Source: an uncultured delta proteobacterium
Lineage (GTDB): Bacteria; Desulfobacterota; Desulfomonilia; UBA1062
Assembly (NCBI GenBank): GCA_963798485.1
Contig: CAWCTR010000001.1
Location: 27,453-91,452, forward strand
DNA length: 64,000 nt
Reading direction: 5' to 3'
The translations under genes and the position numbers were made by a program. Below, piece after piece: positions 36,040 to 45,782 of this stretch. The notes under the pieces were generated by a model. That model searched no databases. It saw nothing but the letters and a program-made list of their open reading frames with translations, and was not told the origin of the DNA. How positions within the stretch are numbered: the stretch's first letter is position 1; each line of letters starts with the position of its first letter.

Positions 36040-37428
36040 TCATCCCCTCGACACCTTGTACCGGTAGTACGCGCTCATCCTCGCATACGCCCGCAGCGCC
36101 CTCTCCGGTGTGGAATAGACAGGGATTCCGTGCTCATGCAGGGGCTTGAGCAGATTCTCCTGGTCGATCTGGACAAATCCGGGATATGCAATGGCGATCA
36201 CATGTTTGTCCGAACGCTCCTTAGCCCGGATAAGCCCCTGGATGTAGTCCGCACTCATGTCTGACGATGCCCCGCCCCCGAGCATGACTACGGCATCCAC
36301 CCCCGGGTCGTCCAGGATGATTTCAAGGGCCCCCTGATAAAGCCTGAGGTCGAAGGATGCGCTGAGTCCCACATCGATGGGGTTTGCCGGGGATGTCCCG
36401 GTGGGCGGGAGCAGTTCCTTGAGCCTGCGGATACTCTCTTTCCCGGGAACCGCCATGGAAAGACCGTTCCTTTCCACTGCATCGGCAGCGGATACCGCAG
36501 GCCCGCCCGGCCCGGACACGATGGCCACCCTGCCGGACCCTACAGACACCATATGGTAGAATGCCATGGCAAGGTCGCACATCTCCTCGATGTCGTACAC
36601 ATCCAGGATGTGGAACTGTCTGAAAAGGCTCCTCCACAAGTCGCCCTGCCCGGTCAGCGCCCCGGTATGGGATGCGGCCGCCCTGGAACCGGCCTTGGTG
36701 AGCCCTACCTTCCACATGATCACGGGTTTTTTCGGTGTTGTTTCCCTCAAGGCATCGAGCAGCCTGCCCGAGTCCCGGACGCCCTCGCAGTAGGTGCATA
36801 TGACTCCTGTCTGTTCGTCCCGGCCCATCCATGCGAGAAGATCTGCCAGGCCGATGTCTGCACTGTTGCCGCTGCTGACCACGTGACTGAAGAAGAGACC
36901 TTCGGCTGAACAGCGATTCACGAAGAGGTTCACCAGTGAACCGCTCTGGCTGATAAACCCGATTTTTCCCGGGGTCTTGGGCATGCCCGGAAAAGGGGCG
37001 ATCCGCGAGCCCGGGGAATATATGCCCATGCAATTGGGCCCCAGAAGGCGGAAGCCGCCGCCGTGTGCAATCTGTCTCATGCGCGCTTCATCGTCCCGCC
37101 CCGCAGCTTCTCCCAGCTCGGAAAACCCCGATGTATAGAGGATCACCGCCCTGACCTGCTTACGGGCACATTCTGTAAGGGCATCGAAGACCGTCTCCTT
37201 CGGGGACATGATAATGACCAGGTCCACCGGGCCGGGCACCTGATCGAGGTCCGGGTATGTCTTGATGCCGTCGATCTCCTGTGCCGTGGGGTGGATGAGG
37301 TATATGGGCCCGGGGAATCCCTGATCGAGGAGCCCCAGGAGGAACACCTTGCCGGGCTTGAGCCCCCTAGGAATCCCGTATAATGCTATGGACTTAGGAG
37401 AAAGCAGGCCTTGAATCGTATCATGCAC
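36040..37428 (-). CDS. CoA-binding protein, NDP-forming acyl-CoA synthetase alpha-subunit family
   Basis: SGFSELG, LGPNCMG, ISQSGS, RAAASHTGAL (phospho-His) and NPIDV motifs; no ATP-grasp domain. Confidence 0.92.
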   Translation of the reverse strand: MHDTIQGLLSPKSIALYGIPRGLKPGKVFLLGLLDQGFPGPIYLIHPTAQEIDGIKTYPDLDQVPGPVDLVIIMSPKETVFDALTECARKQVRAVILYTSGFSELGEAAGRDDEARMRQIAHGGGFRLLGPNCMGIYSPGSRIAPFPGMPKTPGKIGFISQSGSLVNLFVNRCSAEGLFFSHVVSSGNSADIGLADLLAWMGRDEQTGVICTYCEGVRDSGRLLDALRETTPKKPVIMWKVGLTKAGSRAAASHTGALTGQGDLWRSLFRQFHILDVYDIEEMCDLAMAFYHMVSVGSGRVAIVSGPGGPAVSAADAVERNGLSMAVPGKESIRRLKELLPPTGTSPANPIDVGLSASFDLRLYQGALEIILDDPGVDAVVMLGGGASSDMSADYIQGLIRAKERSDKHVIAIAYPGFVQIDQENLLKPLHEHGIPVYSTPERALRAYARMSAYYRYKVSRG

Positions 37429-37722
37429 GGTGTCACCTCCGCTCGCAGGAACTGGAAAAATCTATCTGCACACAGGTGCAGGCAAGAAAATACATCCACA
37501 TAGTATCACCAGTTCAGATGTGCATCAATGGAGGGAAGGATAAGGGGGCAGATTTAATTTTCAGCCTCTCCGGGTCGTCCTCGACCACGCAATTCTATCC
37601 TGATGCTTAGCCAGGATCCCGGGAAGCAGGGTCAGAGACGATTTTTTATAAATCTACTCCTCCCCATTTTCACAAAGGATATCTTCGGGCTTGAGAGAAC
37701 CGGGGCTTAAGGTTGCGATCAC

Positions 37723-38472
37723 CTACGGTTGCCGGAGGACGGGTCTGATGTCGTGGATGTCAAGGCTCACCAGTGTCGGCCAGGGAAGCGGTCTGCTACC
37801 GATGAGGAGAGGATATACACGCCTTCTGACCGGCATCTTGATGCCGCCGAAGTCCCGGTAATCGCCGCACAGGTGTGCTGCATGAGCCCAGGGGCCCACG
37901 ACCCGGGCAGTATAATCCAGCCGCCTCAGCAATCGGTGTTCATCAAAATAAAAGATCTGGGTCTCTGAATGGGTAGGGATGTCTTGAGGAAACTTCACCT
38001 TCAGGCGCAACCACGATTCATGTGCAGTCTGAAAGGGGTTAAGCATTTCGAACTCAAAGCCTTCTCGTAGGAATAAAAACGGCGCTGTCAGATAATTCCA
38101 TGTGGCATAGCCTCCGAAATAGATGAAATCAAGGTCATCCCACGCAAACTGGCGGCTTATTCTGGTGAATGACTCCCTGGGGTTATGCCTTACTGCAGTG
38201 ACTTTCCCCCCAGAGTCTTTGATGTTCACCTCCTCATTCCCGATGAGTTCACCGGTGAACCCTTCCCGGGGAAAATCGAAAAAGGTAAACCTTGGCTCAT
38301 GGGCAAAGGCCCGCATGTGCACGCGGTCAAGAACCGGCCTTCGTTTTGCCTTGAATAGGAAACCCGAGGCACTGATCACGGCATCGAGTGCTTCGATGCT
38401 GTTCCATAAAGCTTCTCCGCCATGCGCATCGATTACTTCCCGGATCAAATCAGTAGGATATTCCTTGTCCAT
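37723..38472 (-). CDS. Conserved hypothetical protein
   Basis: 249-aa ORF with a GGGAGG RBS; AHGG..W, WDDLD..YF.GYA.WNYLT.PF and HS..Q.FYFD look like conserved blocks. Confidence 0.8.
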   Translation of the reverse strand: MDKEYPTDLIREVIDAHGGEALWNSIEALDAVISASGFLFKAKRRPVLDRVHMRAFAHEPRFTFFDFPREGFTGELIGNEEVNIKDSGGKVTAVRHNPRESFTRISRQFAWDDLDFIYFGGYATWNYLTAPFLFLREGFEFEMLNPFQTAHESWLRLKVKFPQDIPTHSETQIFYFDEHRLLRRLDYTARVVGPWAHAAHLCGDYRDFGGIKMPVRRRVYPLLIGSRPLPWPTLVSLDIHDIRPVLRQP

Positions 38473-38675
38473 AGCAAACCTCCCGACTCTTCATGTAGTA
38501 AGGTCACCGGATCTGAAATCAATAGTCAGGGGATACAGGATATAAAAACTAATGAGAAATCAGGGACGGGGTCGAAATGACAAGGGACATGCATTATGTG
38601 ATGCCGGATTGACGGGAGGTGTTGAAAATATGATAGTGGGGGAGTGATGTCTTTGAATGGCGAGCGGGAACGGTC

Positions 38676-41600
38676 ATGAAGGATCAGGAAAGGGCCATGG
38701 CCCTGTTCCACCCCCTTATCCGGAAATGGTTTGCAGGGCGTCTGGGCACGCCCACTGATATCCAGGTGAAGGCCTGGCCGGCAGTCGCCAGAGGCGCCCA
38801 TGCCCTGGTGACGGCGCCCACGGGCAGCGGCAAGACGCTTGCGGCCTTTCTCTGGGCGATAAACCAGCTCATCACAGGCGCCTGGGGCTTAGGCCGGACG
38901 CGGGTCCTCTATGTTTCGCCGCTCAAGGCGCTGAACAACGATATCAGGCGGAACCTTACCACACCCTTGGAGGAGCTTGCCGCATGTTTCCGAGAGGCCG
39001 GGGAGAGCTTCCCGGAAATCGGCATCCTCACGCGCAGTGGAGACACCCCTGCAGAAGAGCGGCGGCGCATGCTGAAAAGACCGCCGGAAATCCTCATCAC
39101 CACGCCCGAGAGCCTGAACATCCTTTTAAGCTCCCGGAGCGGCCTGGCCATGCTGGCGGGGATCGCGACGGTCATCCTGGACGAGATCCATGCCGTCGTG
39201 GGCACCAAGCGGGGAACGCATCTGATCACGGCCGTGGACCGCCTTGTACGCCTCACCGGCGAGTTCCAGCGCCTCGCCCTGTCGGCAACGGTGAAGCCTA
39301 TGGAGACCGTGGCCGGGTTTGTGGGCGGGTATATGCACATAGGCGACGCCCGCCCCGGTAGCTATGAAAAACGCCCTGTGGAGATCATCCGGTCCCGGGA
39401 CAAGAAACGCTATGCCATCGACGTGAGATTTCCTCAGGATGCCCGGGAGAAAATGGTGGATGCCTCCTGGTGGCCGGTCCTCGTCGAATCTTTCAGGGAG
39501 ATCATAAAGGCCCACCGTTCGACCCTGCTTTTTGTCAACAGCCGTAGGACCGCGGAGAAGGTCACGCGCCTGATCAACGAGGGCGAGCCCATCGAGCTCG
39601 CCTACGCCCACCACGGCTCGCTATCCCGCGAGATCCGCCTGGCCGTGGAGCAGCGGCTCAAAAACGGGGAATTGAGGGCCATCGTGGCCACGAGCTCTCT
39701 CGAACTCGGGATCGATATCGGCGATCTCGAAGGGGTGATCCTCATCCAGACGCCGCCTTCCATCTCGTCGGCCATCCAGCGTATCGGCCGCTCGGGCCAC
39801 AGCGTGGGCGGCGTGAGCAAAGGCCTCCTCTACCCCACCCACGGCAGCGATTTCTTAAGCGCCGCCGTGATGGCGAAGAGTGTGTCAGACCAGGACATCG
39901 AGGCAGTCAGGCCCATCGAAGCACCTTTAGATGTCCTGGCACAGGTGATCGTCTCTATGACCGCCCTGGAAAGGTGGGACATCGACGAGCTCTTTGCCTT
40001 TATCAGAACAAGCTACCCCTACCATGGCCTCACGCGCACTCAGTTCGACCTCGTGCTCTCCATGCTCGCGGGAAGGTACGCGGACACGAGGCTACGCGAG
40101 CTCAGGCCCCGCATCTCCCTGGACAAGCTCGACAACACGGTCCATGGGAAGGAAGGGGTGCAGCGGCTGATCTACCTCTCCGGCGGCACCATCCCGGAGA
40201 GGGGCTACTTTGACCTGAGGGTCGAAGGATCGCGTGCCAAAATCGGCGAGCTCGACGAGGAGTTCGTGTGGGAACGGGGCATCGGAGACACCTTCACTCT
40301 GGGGGCGCAGGTCTGGCGCATCCGGAAGATCACACCGAACGACGTCGAGGTGGTACCGACCGAGGCCACGCCCGCCATCTTCCCCTTCTGGAAGGCAGAG
40401 GACATGAGCCGGGATTTCCATTACTCGGAAAAGATCCTCAAGTTCCTGGAGCATTACAACCCCCGGCTCGACGAGGCTGCCCTGCACCATGAGCTCGTGG
40501 AGGATTATTTCCTTGACGAGTGGGCTGCCCATGAACTGATCAGCTACCTGAAGCGGCAGCGGGAGGCGACCGGGGCCGACCTTCCCCACCGCGGCCATGT
40601 GCTCATCGAACATTTTGAAGACCCTTTGAACACCTCGGACTCAAAACAGGTAATCCTCCACACCCTCTGGGGCGGACACGTCAACCGGCCCTTCGGACTG
40701 GCCCTGCAGGCTGCCTGGGAGGGAAAATACCACTATCGCCTGGAGATCATCGAAAACAACGACTGCCTCCTCCTCATGCTCCCCCATGAATTTTCCGTGC
40801 ATGATATCTTTTCCCTCGTGACTCCGGAGAACCTGGAGCGGCTGCTGCGCCAAAGCCTGGAGAAGAGCGGCTTCTTCGGGGCCAGGTTCCGCGAGAACGC
40901 GGGCCGTGCGCTCCTGCTCCCGCGGGCGGGCTTCATGAAGCGCCTGCCGCTCTGGCTGAACAGGCTGCGCTCCAGGAAGCTCATGGACGCGGTCCTGGCA
41001 TACCCCGATTTTCCCATCCTCCTGGAGACATGGCGCACCTGCCTGCAGGACGAGTTCGACCTGGAGAGCCTGCGCCGTGTCCTGGACGAAATCCGCTCCG
41101 GGCAGATACGGTTGTCCGAGGCAACCACCAAGGCGGCCTCCCCCTTCGCGGACGGCCTGGTCTGGAAACAGACCAACACGTACATGTACCAAGACGACTC
41201 GCCCCTGTCCGGCAAGGCCTCACGTTTAAGTGGGGAGCTGTTGAAGGAGGTCCTCTTCTCCACGAGCCTCAGGCCCCGCATCCCCCGGGTGCTGATCGAG
41301 ACGCTCGAAACCAAGCTGCAGCGGACGGCGCCGGGTTATGCCCCAAGGTCTGCGGATGACCTCCTGGACTGGGTAAAGGAGCGCTCCCTCATCCCCGAGC
41401 CCGAGTGGCAGACGCTGCTGAGCGCCATTAAACGCGATCATGACCTGAGCGCAGATGAAGCGGTTACGCCGATAAGGGGCAAGATCCTCTCCATACGGCT
41501 GCCCGGTGCATCCCTCAGATCGGTCTGTGCCCTGGAGAATCTGGACCGCATCGCCCGGTCCTTTTCAACCCCTACCGGTAACCTTGACATCAGTGATATA

Positions 41601-43184
41601 TTCACCCGGGAATCCATCAGCGTTGACGCCCTTGGCTCCAAAGAGACCAGGCAGGCAAGTAGCGGCCCGCTGCCCCAGGGGAACCAGGACGATGGTGTGC
41701 TGCCCGAGATCTTCCTGCAGTGGCTCTCATTCTACGGACCAATACCAAAGGCCGTACTACCGGAGGTGCTCGGCCTGGATGAGACCGCCATAGATGACCT
41801 GCTGGCCGGTCTTGTGGAGGACGAGGCCGTCATCATCGATCTCCTCACAGAGAATGCATCGGAGCTGGAGATTTGCGACAGGGAAAACCTGGAGACCCTC
41901 CTGCGGATGGCCAGGAAATCGCGGCAGCCGTCCTTCAGGGCGCTTTCCATCGAGCGTCTCCCGTTGTTCCTCGCGTCCTGGCAGGGGCTTGTCGCGCCGG
42001 GGGGTGCAATGGATGACCTGCAGGACCGCCTGGATCAACTCTTCGGCTACCCGGCCCCGGCCGAGGCGTGGGAGAAACAGATCCTGCCGGCCCGCCTGTC
42101 GCCCTACTACAGCTCCTGGCTGGACAGCCTGATGCAGACCAGCGGCCTCACCTGGTTCGGATGCGGGAACAAGAAACTCGGCTTTGCCTTTTTTGATGAT
42201 TTCGAGCTCTTTATGGAACGTTCCGGCAGCGTCATCTCAGCGGAAGACGTAGATGAAGATACCCTGCCGGAAGAGCTCTCACGTCTGTTCCCCAGGAAGA
42301 TCGGTCGGTACAGCCTCATAGACATCGTCCGGTTCTCGAATGCGGACACCCACAGCGTTACCAAAAAGCTATGGGGTCTTGTCTGGAAAGGGCTCGTGAC
42401 CAACGACACCTTCACTGCGCTGCGCCAGGGGATCCTGACGGACTTTGCGCCCGACAGCCTGAAACCCGGGCGGGCCCGGCCTTTCCGCACGGGTTACAAC
42501 CGGTGGGGCGCCGGCCGTCCCTTTCCGGGCAACTGGTACGCCCTTGAGGTATCAGGGCTGGAAAAGGATTCCATTGACGAGGCCGAGCTGGTCAAGGACC
42601 GCGTCCGCCAGCTCTTCAAACGCTACGGCATCCTCTTCAGGGAGATCCTGGCATACGAGCTGCCGCTCCTCCAGTGGTCCGCGGTCTTCAGGGCCTTGAG
42701 GCTCATGGAGCTCTCAGGCGAGATCCTTTCCGGACACTTTTTCGAGGGGATTCCCGGCATCCAGTTCATATCCCACGAGGCCTTCAGATTCCTGAACGAA
42801 CCCGCCTACGAAGAATCCATCTACTGGATTAACGCCGCGGATCCTGCCTCGCTCTGCGGCATCAGGCTGGACACGCTGAAGGGCGTGCTGCCCAGTCGCA
42901 TCCCCTCGACCCATCTGGTTTATCGCGGGGATAAACCGGTTCTCGTATCGCGCCGGAACGGCAGCGTGCTCAATTTCCACGTGCCGCCCGATGATCTGCA
43001 GATCCCCGGCTATCTTTCCTTTTTCAAGGTGCTCCTTGCCCGGGAATTCAACCCCGAGAAGATCATTATGGTGGAGACGATCAATGGCAAACCTGCACTG
43101 GAGAGCGACTATGCCCGGCCGTTGAAAGAATCCGGCTTCTTTCGGGGGTACAAGGGATTGGAGCTGGAAAAGAAGTATTCATGA
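38676..43184 (+). CDS. lhr: Lhr-family SF2 helicase with long C-terminal domain
   Basis: APTGSGKT, SPLKAL, TTPESL, DEIH, HHGSLS, SSLELGIDIG, QRIGRSGH, GELDEEFV and ADPASLCG motifs. Confidence 0.95.
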   Translation: MKDQERAMALFHPLIRKWFAGRLGTPTDIQVKAWPAVARGAHALVTAPTGSGKTLAAFLWAINQLITGAWGLGRTRVLYVSPLKALNNDIRRNLTTPLEELAACFREAGESFPEIGILTRSGDTPAEERRRMLKRPPEILITTPESLNILLSSRSGLAMLAGIATVILDEIHAVVGTKRGTHLITAVDRLVRLTGEFQRLALSATVKPMETVAGFVGGYMHIGDARPGSYEKRPVEIIRSRDKKRYAIDVRFPQDAREKMVDASWWPVLVESFREIIKAHRSTLLFVNSRRTAEKVTRLINEGEPIELAYAHHGSLSREIRLAVEQRLKNGELRAIVATSSLELGIDIGDLEGVILIQTPPSISSAIQRIGRSGHSVGGVSKGLLYPTHGSDFLSAAVMAKSVSDQDIEAVRPIEAPLDVLAQVIVSMTALERWDIDELFAFIRTSYPYHGLTRTQFDLVLSMLAGRYADTRLRELRPRISLDKLDNTVHGKEGVQRLIYLSGGTIPERGYFDLRVEGSRAKIGELDEEFVWERGIGDTFTLGAQVWRIRKITPNDVEVVPTEATPAIFPFWKAEDMSRDFHYSEKILKFLEHYNPRLDEAALHHELVEDYFLDEWAAHELISYLKRQREATGADLPHRGHVLIEHFEDPLNTSDSKQVILHTLWGGHVNRPFGLALQAAWEGKYHYRLEIIENNDCLLLMLPHEFSVHDIFSLVTPENLERLLRQSLEKSGFFGARFRENAGRALLLPRAGFMKRLPLWLNRLRSRKLMDAVLAYPDFPILLETWRTCLQDEFDLESLRRVLDEIRSGQIRLSEATTKAASPFADGLVWKQTNTYMYQDDSPLSGKASRLSGELLKEVLFSTSLRPRIPRVLIETLETKLQRTAPGYAPRSADDLLDWVKERSLIPEPEWQTLLSAIKRDHDLSADEAVTPIRGKILSIRLPGASLRSVCALENLDRIARSFSTPTGNLDISDIFTRESISVDALGSKETRQASSGPLPQGNQDDGVLPEIFLQWLSFYGPIPKAVLPEVLGLDETAIDDLLAGLVEDEAVIIDLLTENASELEICDRENLETLLRMARKSRQPSFRALSIERLPLFLASWQGLVAPGGAMDDLQDRLDQLFGYPAPAEAWEKQILPARLSPYYSSWLDSLMQTSGLTWFGCGNKKLGFAFFDDFELFMERSGSVISAEDVDEDTLPEELSRLFPRKIGRYSLIDIVRFSNADTHSVTKKLWGLVWKGLVTNDTFTALRQGILTDFAPDSLKPGRARPFRTGYNRWGAGRPFPGNWYALEVSGLEKDSIDEAELVKDRVRQLFKRYGILFREILAYELPLLQWSAVFRALRLMELSGEILSGHFFEGIPGIQFISHEAFRFLNEPAYEESIYWINAADPASLCGIRLDTLKGVLPSRIPSTHLVYRGDKPVLVSRRNGSVLNFHVPPDDLQIPGYLSFFKVLLAREFNPEKIIMVETINGKPALESDYARPLKESGFFRGYKGLELEKKYS

Positions 43185-43290
43185 TAGTGACATGTATGCT
43201 CATTTCTCAGCCTTCCTGGGTCGTCCGCAGCCCGTTTTATCCTTTTTATCCTTTCACAAGTTGCTATACTATCCCTACATCACCTGTATA

Positions 43291-44091
43291 TCACTTGCCA
43301 AATACAGGCGGCAGATTGATATCGAGCTGTATGGTCCACTTCCATTTACCGTTGATGGCCTCCTCGTTGAACCACATAGGGCCGGTGAGAAGGCTGATAT
43401 CCTTTGTGAAGAAATAATAGAGCCCGAACCCGCCCCCGCCGATGGCGTTCTTCCCTGAGGCATAATCGGCGGCAAAAACTATTTTGCTGTACTCATTCCC
43501 TTCGTGGTCCTTCACAGGGATGAAGCCGCGGTCATAGGCAACCATAAAGCCGGTATTCGCTTTGTCTCCATCCTTATCAACCAGGACATTCTTGTTGCCG
43601 ATATACGGGCCAGCAGAAAGCCTTCCGAGAATAGGGATGGTCTTTCCTATCGTACCATAAAAGGTATTCTGATTGGTGACATCCTTTTTCGTCCCAGCAT
43701 TAAAAACGCCGAGATAAAGGGCGGGAGAACCTTGAAAGAGGGTGTTTTCAGGGCTTCCGATCTTGGCATTGAAAAAGAGGGGGTAGTCTTTACCCGTGGT
43801 TGGGTCATTGGTCGGGTCCACAAGATCGGCGCCGATTTCCATCTGCAGTTTCTCAAAGGGCAGCACACCTATCTCCAGTAAGGTAACATCCGGTGAAAAG
43901 GACTGGGCTTTGTCTTGTGCATTTCTAAAGAGAGTGAAATAATTATCTACACCGATATGTGGTACACCGTAAGACTGGATATCCGGGGTCATAGGTGTCC
44001 AATATGTAGTGGACGGAGTGGCGTAAGCAGTGATGCTCAATGCCAATAGAGATAGTAAGGTTGCTACAAAAAGGTTAATTTTATGATGCAT
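43291..44091 (-). CDS. Exported protein of unknown function, possibly an outer-membrane beta-barrel
   Basis: Signal peptide ending AYA; amphipathic beta pattern; C-terminal WTIQLDINL. Confidence 0.75.
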   Translation of the reverse strand: MHHKINLFVATLLSLLALSITAYATPSTTYWTPMTPDIQSYGVPHIGVDNYFTLFRNAQDKAQSFSPDVTLLEIGVLPFEKLQMEIGADLVDPTNDPTTGKDYPLFFNAKIGSPENTLFQGSPALYLGVFNAGTKKDVTNQNTFYGTIGKTIPILGRLSAGPYIGNKNVLVDKDGDKANTGFMVAYDRGFIPVKDHEGNEYSKIVFAADYASGKNAIGGGGFGLYYFFTKDISLLTGPMWFNEEAINGKWKWTIQLDINLPPVFGK

Positions 44092-44146
44092 TTCATCCTC
44101 CTACTATAGTTGATGTTGGATCTGATCAGATCGTTGATAGTATAGG

Positions 44147-44161
44147 GCAATAAACATGCCA
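44147..44161 (-). promoter_or_regulatory. Sigma-54 (-24/-12) promoter of the exported-protein gene
   Basis: Minus strand TGGCATGTTTATTGC (GG-N10-GC), ~55 bp upstream of the ATG. Confidence 0.7.
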
Positions 44162-44191
44162 GGGGTCAATCCGAGTCAACACATTGATTCT

Positions 44192-44229
44192 TAAATGATT
44201 TTACAAATATTAAATGATTTTACATATAT
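44192..44229. repeat. 19-bp AT-rich tandem duplication
   Basis: TAAATGATTTTACAAATAT / TAAATGATTTTACATATAT. Confidence 0.8.
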
Positions 44230-44299
44230 TAAAAAGAACACTAATGAACCAATAAATTAGTAAAATAACAAATATGAATCGGTAGAAAAGGTGTCACTC

Positions 44300-44488
44300 A
44301 TGAAAAGGTCTTATAAAAAGCTTAAGGAGCGCTATGAGCTCGAACAAAGAAGAACCGAGAAGATAGCGAAAGATCTCGATATCAAGCCCGGATCGTATAG
44401 CAGCGAAGATGACTCCTCGATAGGGGAAAACAAGAAAGAAGACAACCCTTACCTGGGTGAAGCCCTGACACAGCTACACCCCAAGTAA
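44300..44488 (+). CDS. Small hypothetical protein
   Basis: 62-aa charged ORF with an AAGGTG RBS, filling the intergenic gap. Confidence 0.55.
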   Translation: MKRSYKKLKERYELEQRRTEKIAKDLDIKPGSYSSEDDSSIGENKKEDNPYLGEALTQLHPK

Positions 44489-44508
44489 TTTATTTTTCAT
44501 TCCTTCCC

Positions 44509-45759
44509 CTACTCCTTCATCGTCACCTTCACCCTGACGATACGGTTGCCGCGCATGCGCTCTATCTTCAGCTGCATATTCCCATACGCCAGGGTGTCGC
44601 CCTCCTCGGGTATGCGGTCCAGCTGCCCGTAGATGAGGCCGGAAAGGGTGTCATAGTCGCTGGGAAACTCCTGGCCGATAGCGCGCTCAAGATCAAGCAG
44701 GCTCATGCTGCCTGTCACGATGAAGCTCTTTCCGCTCACCGGCACCAGGGGAGGCCGGATGATGTCGTGCTCATCGGCGATGTCTCCCGTGATCTCTTCG
44801 ATGATATCTTCCAGGGTGATCCCGCCTTTCACCGTGCCGTACTCATCCACAACAAAGGCCATGTGCAGGTGCATGTTCTGAAAGTCAATGAGCTGCGTCA
44901 GAATGGACTTGGTCTCAGGCACAAAATGGGCTTCCCTCATGTTGTCCTTCACAACAAACCCTGAGCGCTTCTTGATAAAGGGCCATATGTCCTTGATATG
45001 CAGATATCCGACGATATTATCCTTCCTGTCCTTGTATACCGGGTATCTGCTGTGGTTCTTCGTAGTGACGGTCCGCACCACATCATCAAAGGTGCTGTCA
45101 GCCGAGATGAACATCATCTCGTTGAGCGGCAGCATTACCTTTCTCACCGGGATCGAGTCCATATCCATGATGGCGATGAGCATCTTGGCCTTTGCCTCGG
45201 GGATAAAACCCTCCTTGTGCCCCATGGTGAGGACCGATCCCACATCGGCTTCCGTGAAGTCTTCGATCTTGCCCATCTGCAGACCCAACAGCGAGAGAAA
45301 TCCTCCGGCTATTTTGGTGAGCATCTGTGAGAGGGGATTGAGAATGATAACAATCACCCTTATGAACCTTGAGAAAAACAGGGTAATCGCATAGGGACGG
45401 TATGCGGCAACGGTCTTGGGGATGATATCGCCGAAGATAAGAAGGGTAAACGTCATGGCGATTGTTGCATAGAGGATTCCCCGCCCCCCGAAGATGGAGA
45501 TAAAAAGTGCCGTGGCAATGGCGGATGCCAGGATGTTGACAAAGTTGTTTCCCAGCAGGATCGCGCTGATAAGCCGCCCCGGCTCCTTGAGGATATCCTC
45601 GACCCTTTTTGCCTGGACATTGCCCTCTTCCGCAAGCCTCCTGATCCTAAACCGGTTCGCCCTCATATAGGCGGTTTCACTACTCGAGAAGAAGGCTGAT
45701 ATTGCAATAAGAAAGATGAGGAGAATGGTGTACGTTATCTCATCCGCTCCTGTGATCAT
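44509..45759 (-). CDS. CNNM/DUF21-CBS-CorC family transporter
   Basis: SAFFSSSETA, ILLGNNFVN, IIPKT, HSRYPVY and VVDEYG..LEDIIEEITGDIADE motifs. Confidence 0.95.
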   Translation of the reverse strand: MITGADEITYTILLIFLIAISAFFSSSETAYMRANRFRIRRLAEEGNVQAKRVEDILKEPGRLISAILLGNNFVNILASAIATALFISIFGGRGILYATIAMTFTLLIFGDIIPKTVAAYRPYAITLFFSRFIRVIVIILNPLSQMLTKIAGGFLSLLGLQMGKIEDFTEADVGSVLTMGHKEGFIPEAKAKMLIAIMDMDSIPVRKVMLPLNEMMFISADSTFDDVVRTVTTKNHSRYPVYKDRKDNIVGYLHIKDIWPFIKKRSGFVVKDNMREAHFVPETKSILTQLIDFQNMHLHMAFVVDEYGTVKGGITLEDIIEEITGDIADEHDIIRPPLVPVSGKSFIVTGSMSLLDLERAIGQEFPSDYDTLSGLIYGQLDRIPEEGDTLAYGNMQLKIERMRGNRIVRVKVTMKE

Positions 45760-45782
45760 ACTGTTAAACTACCCCCTTGAGT

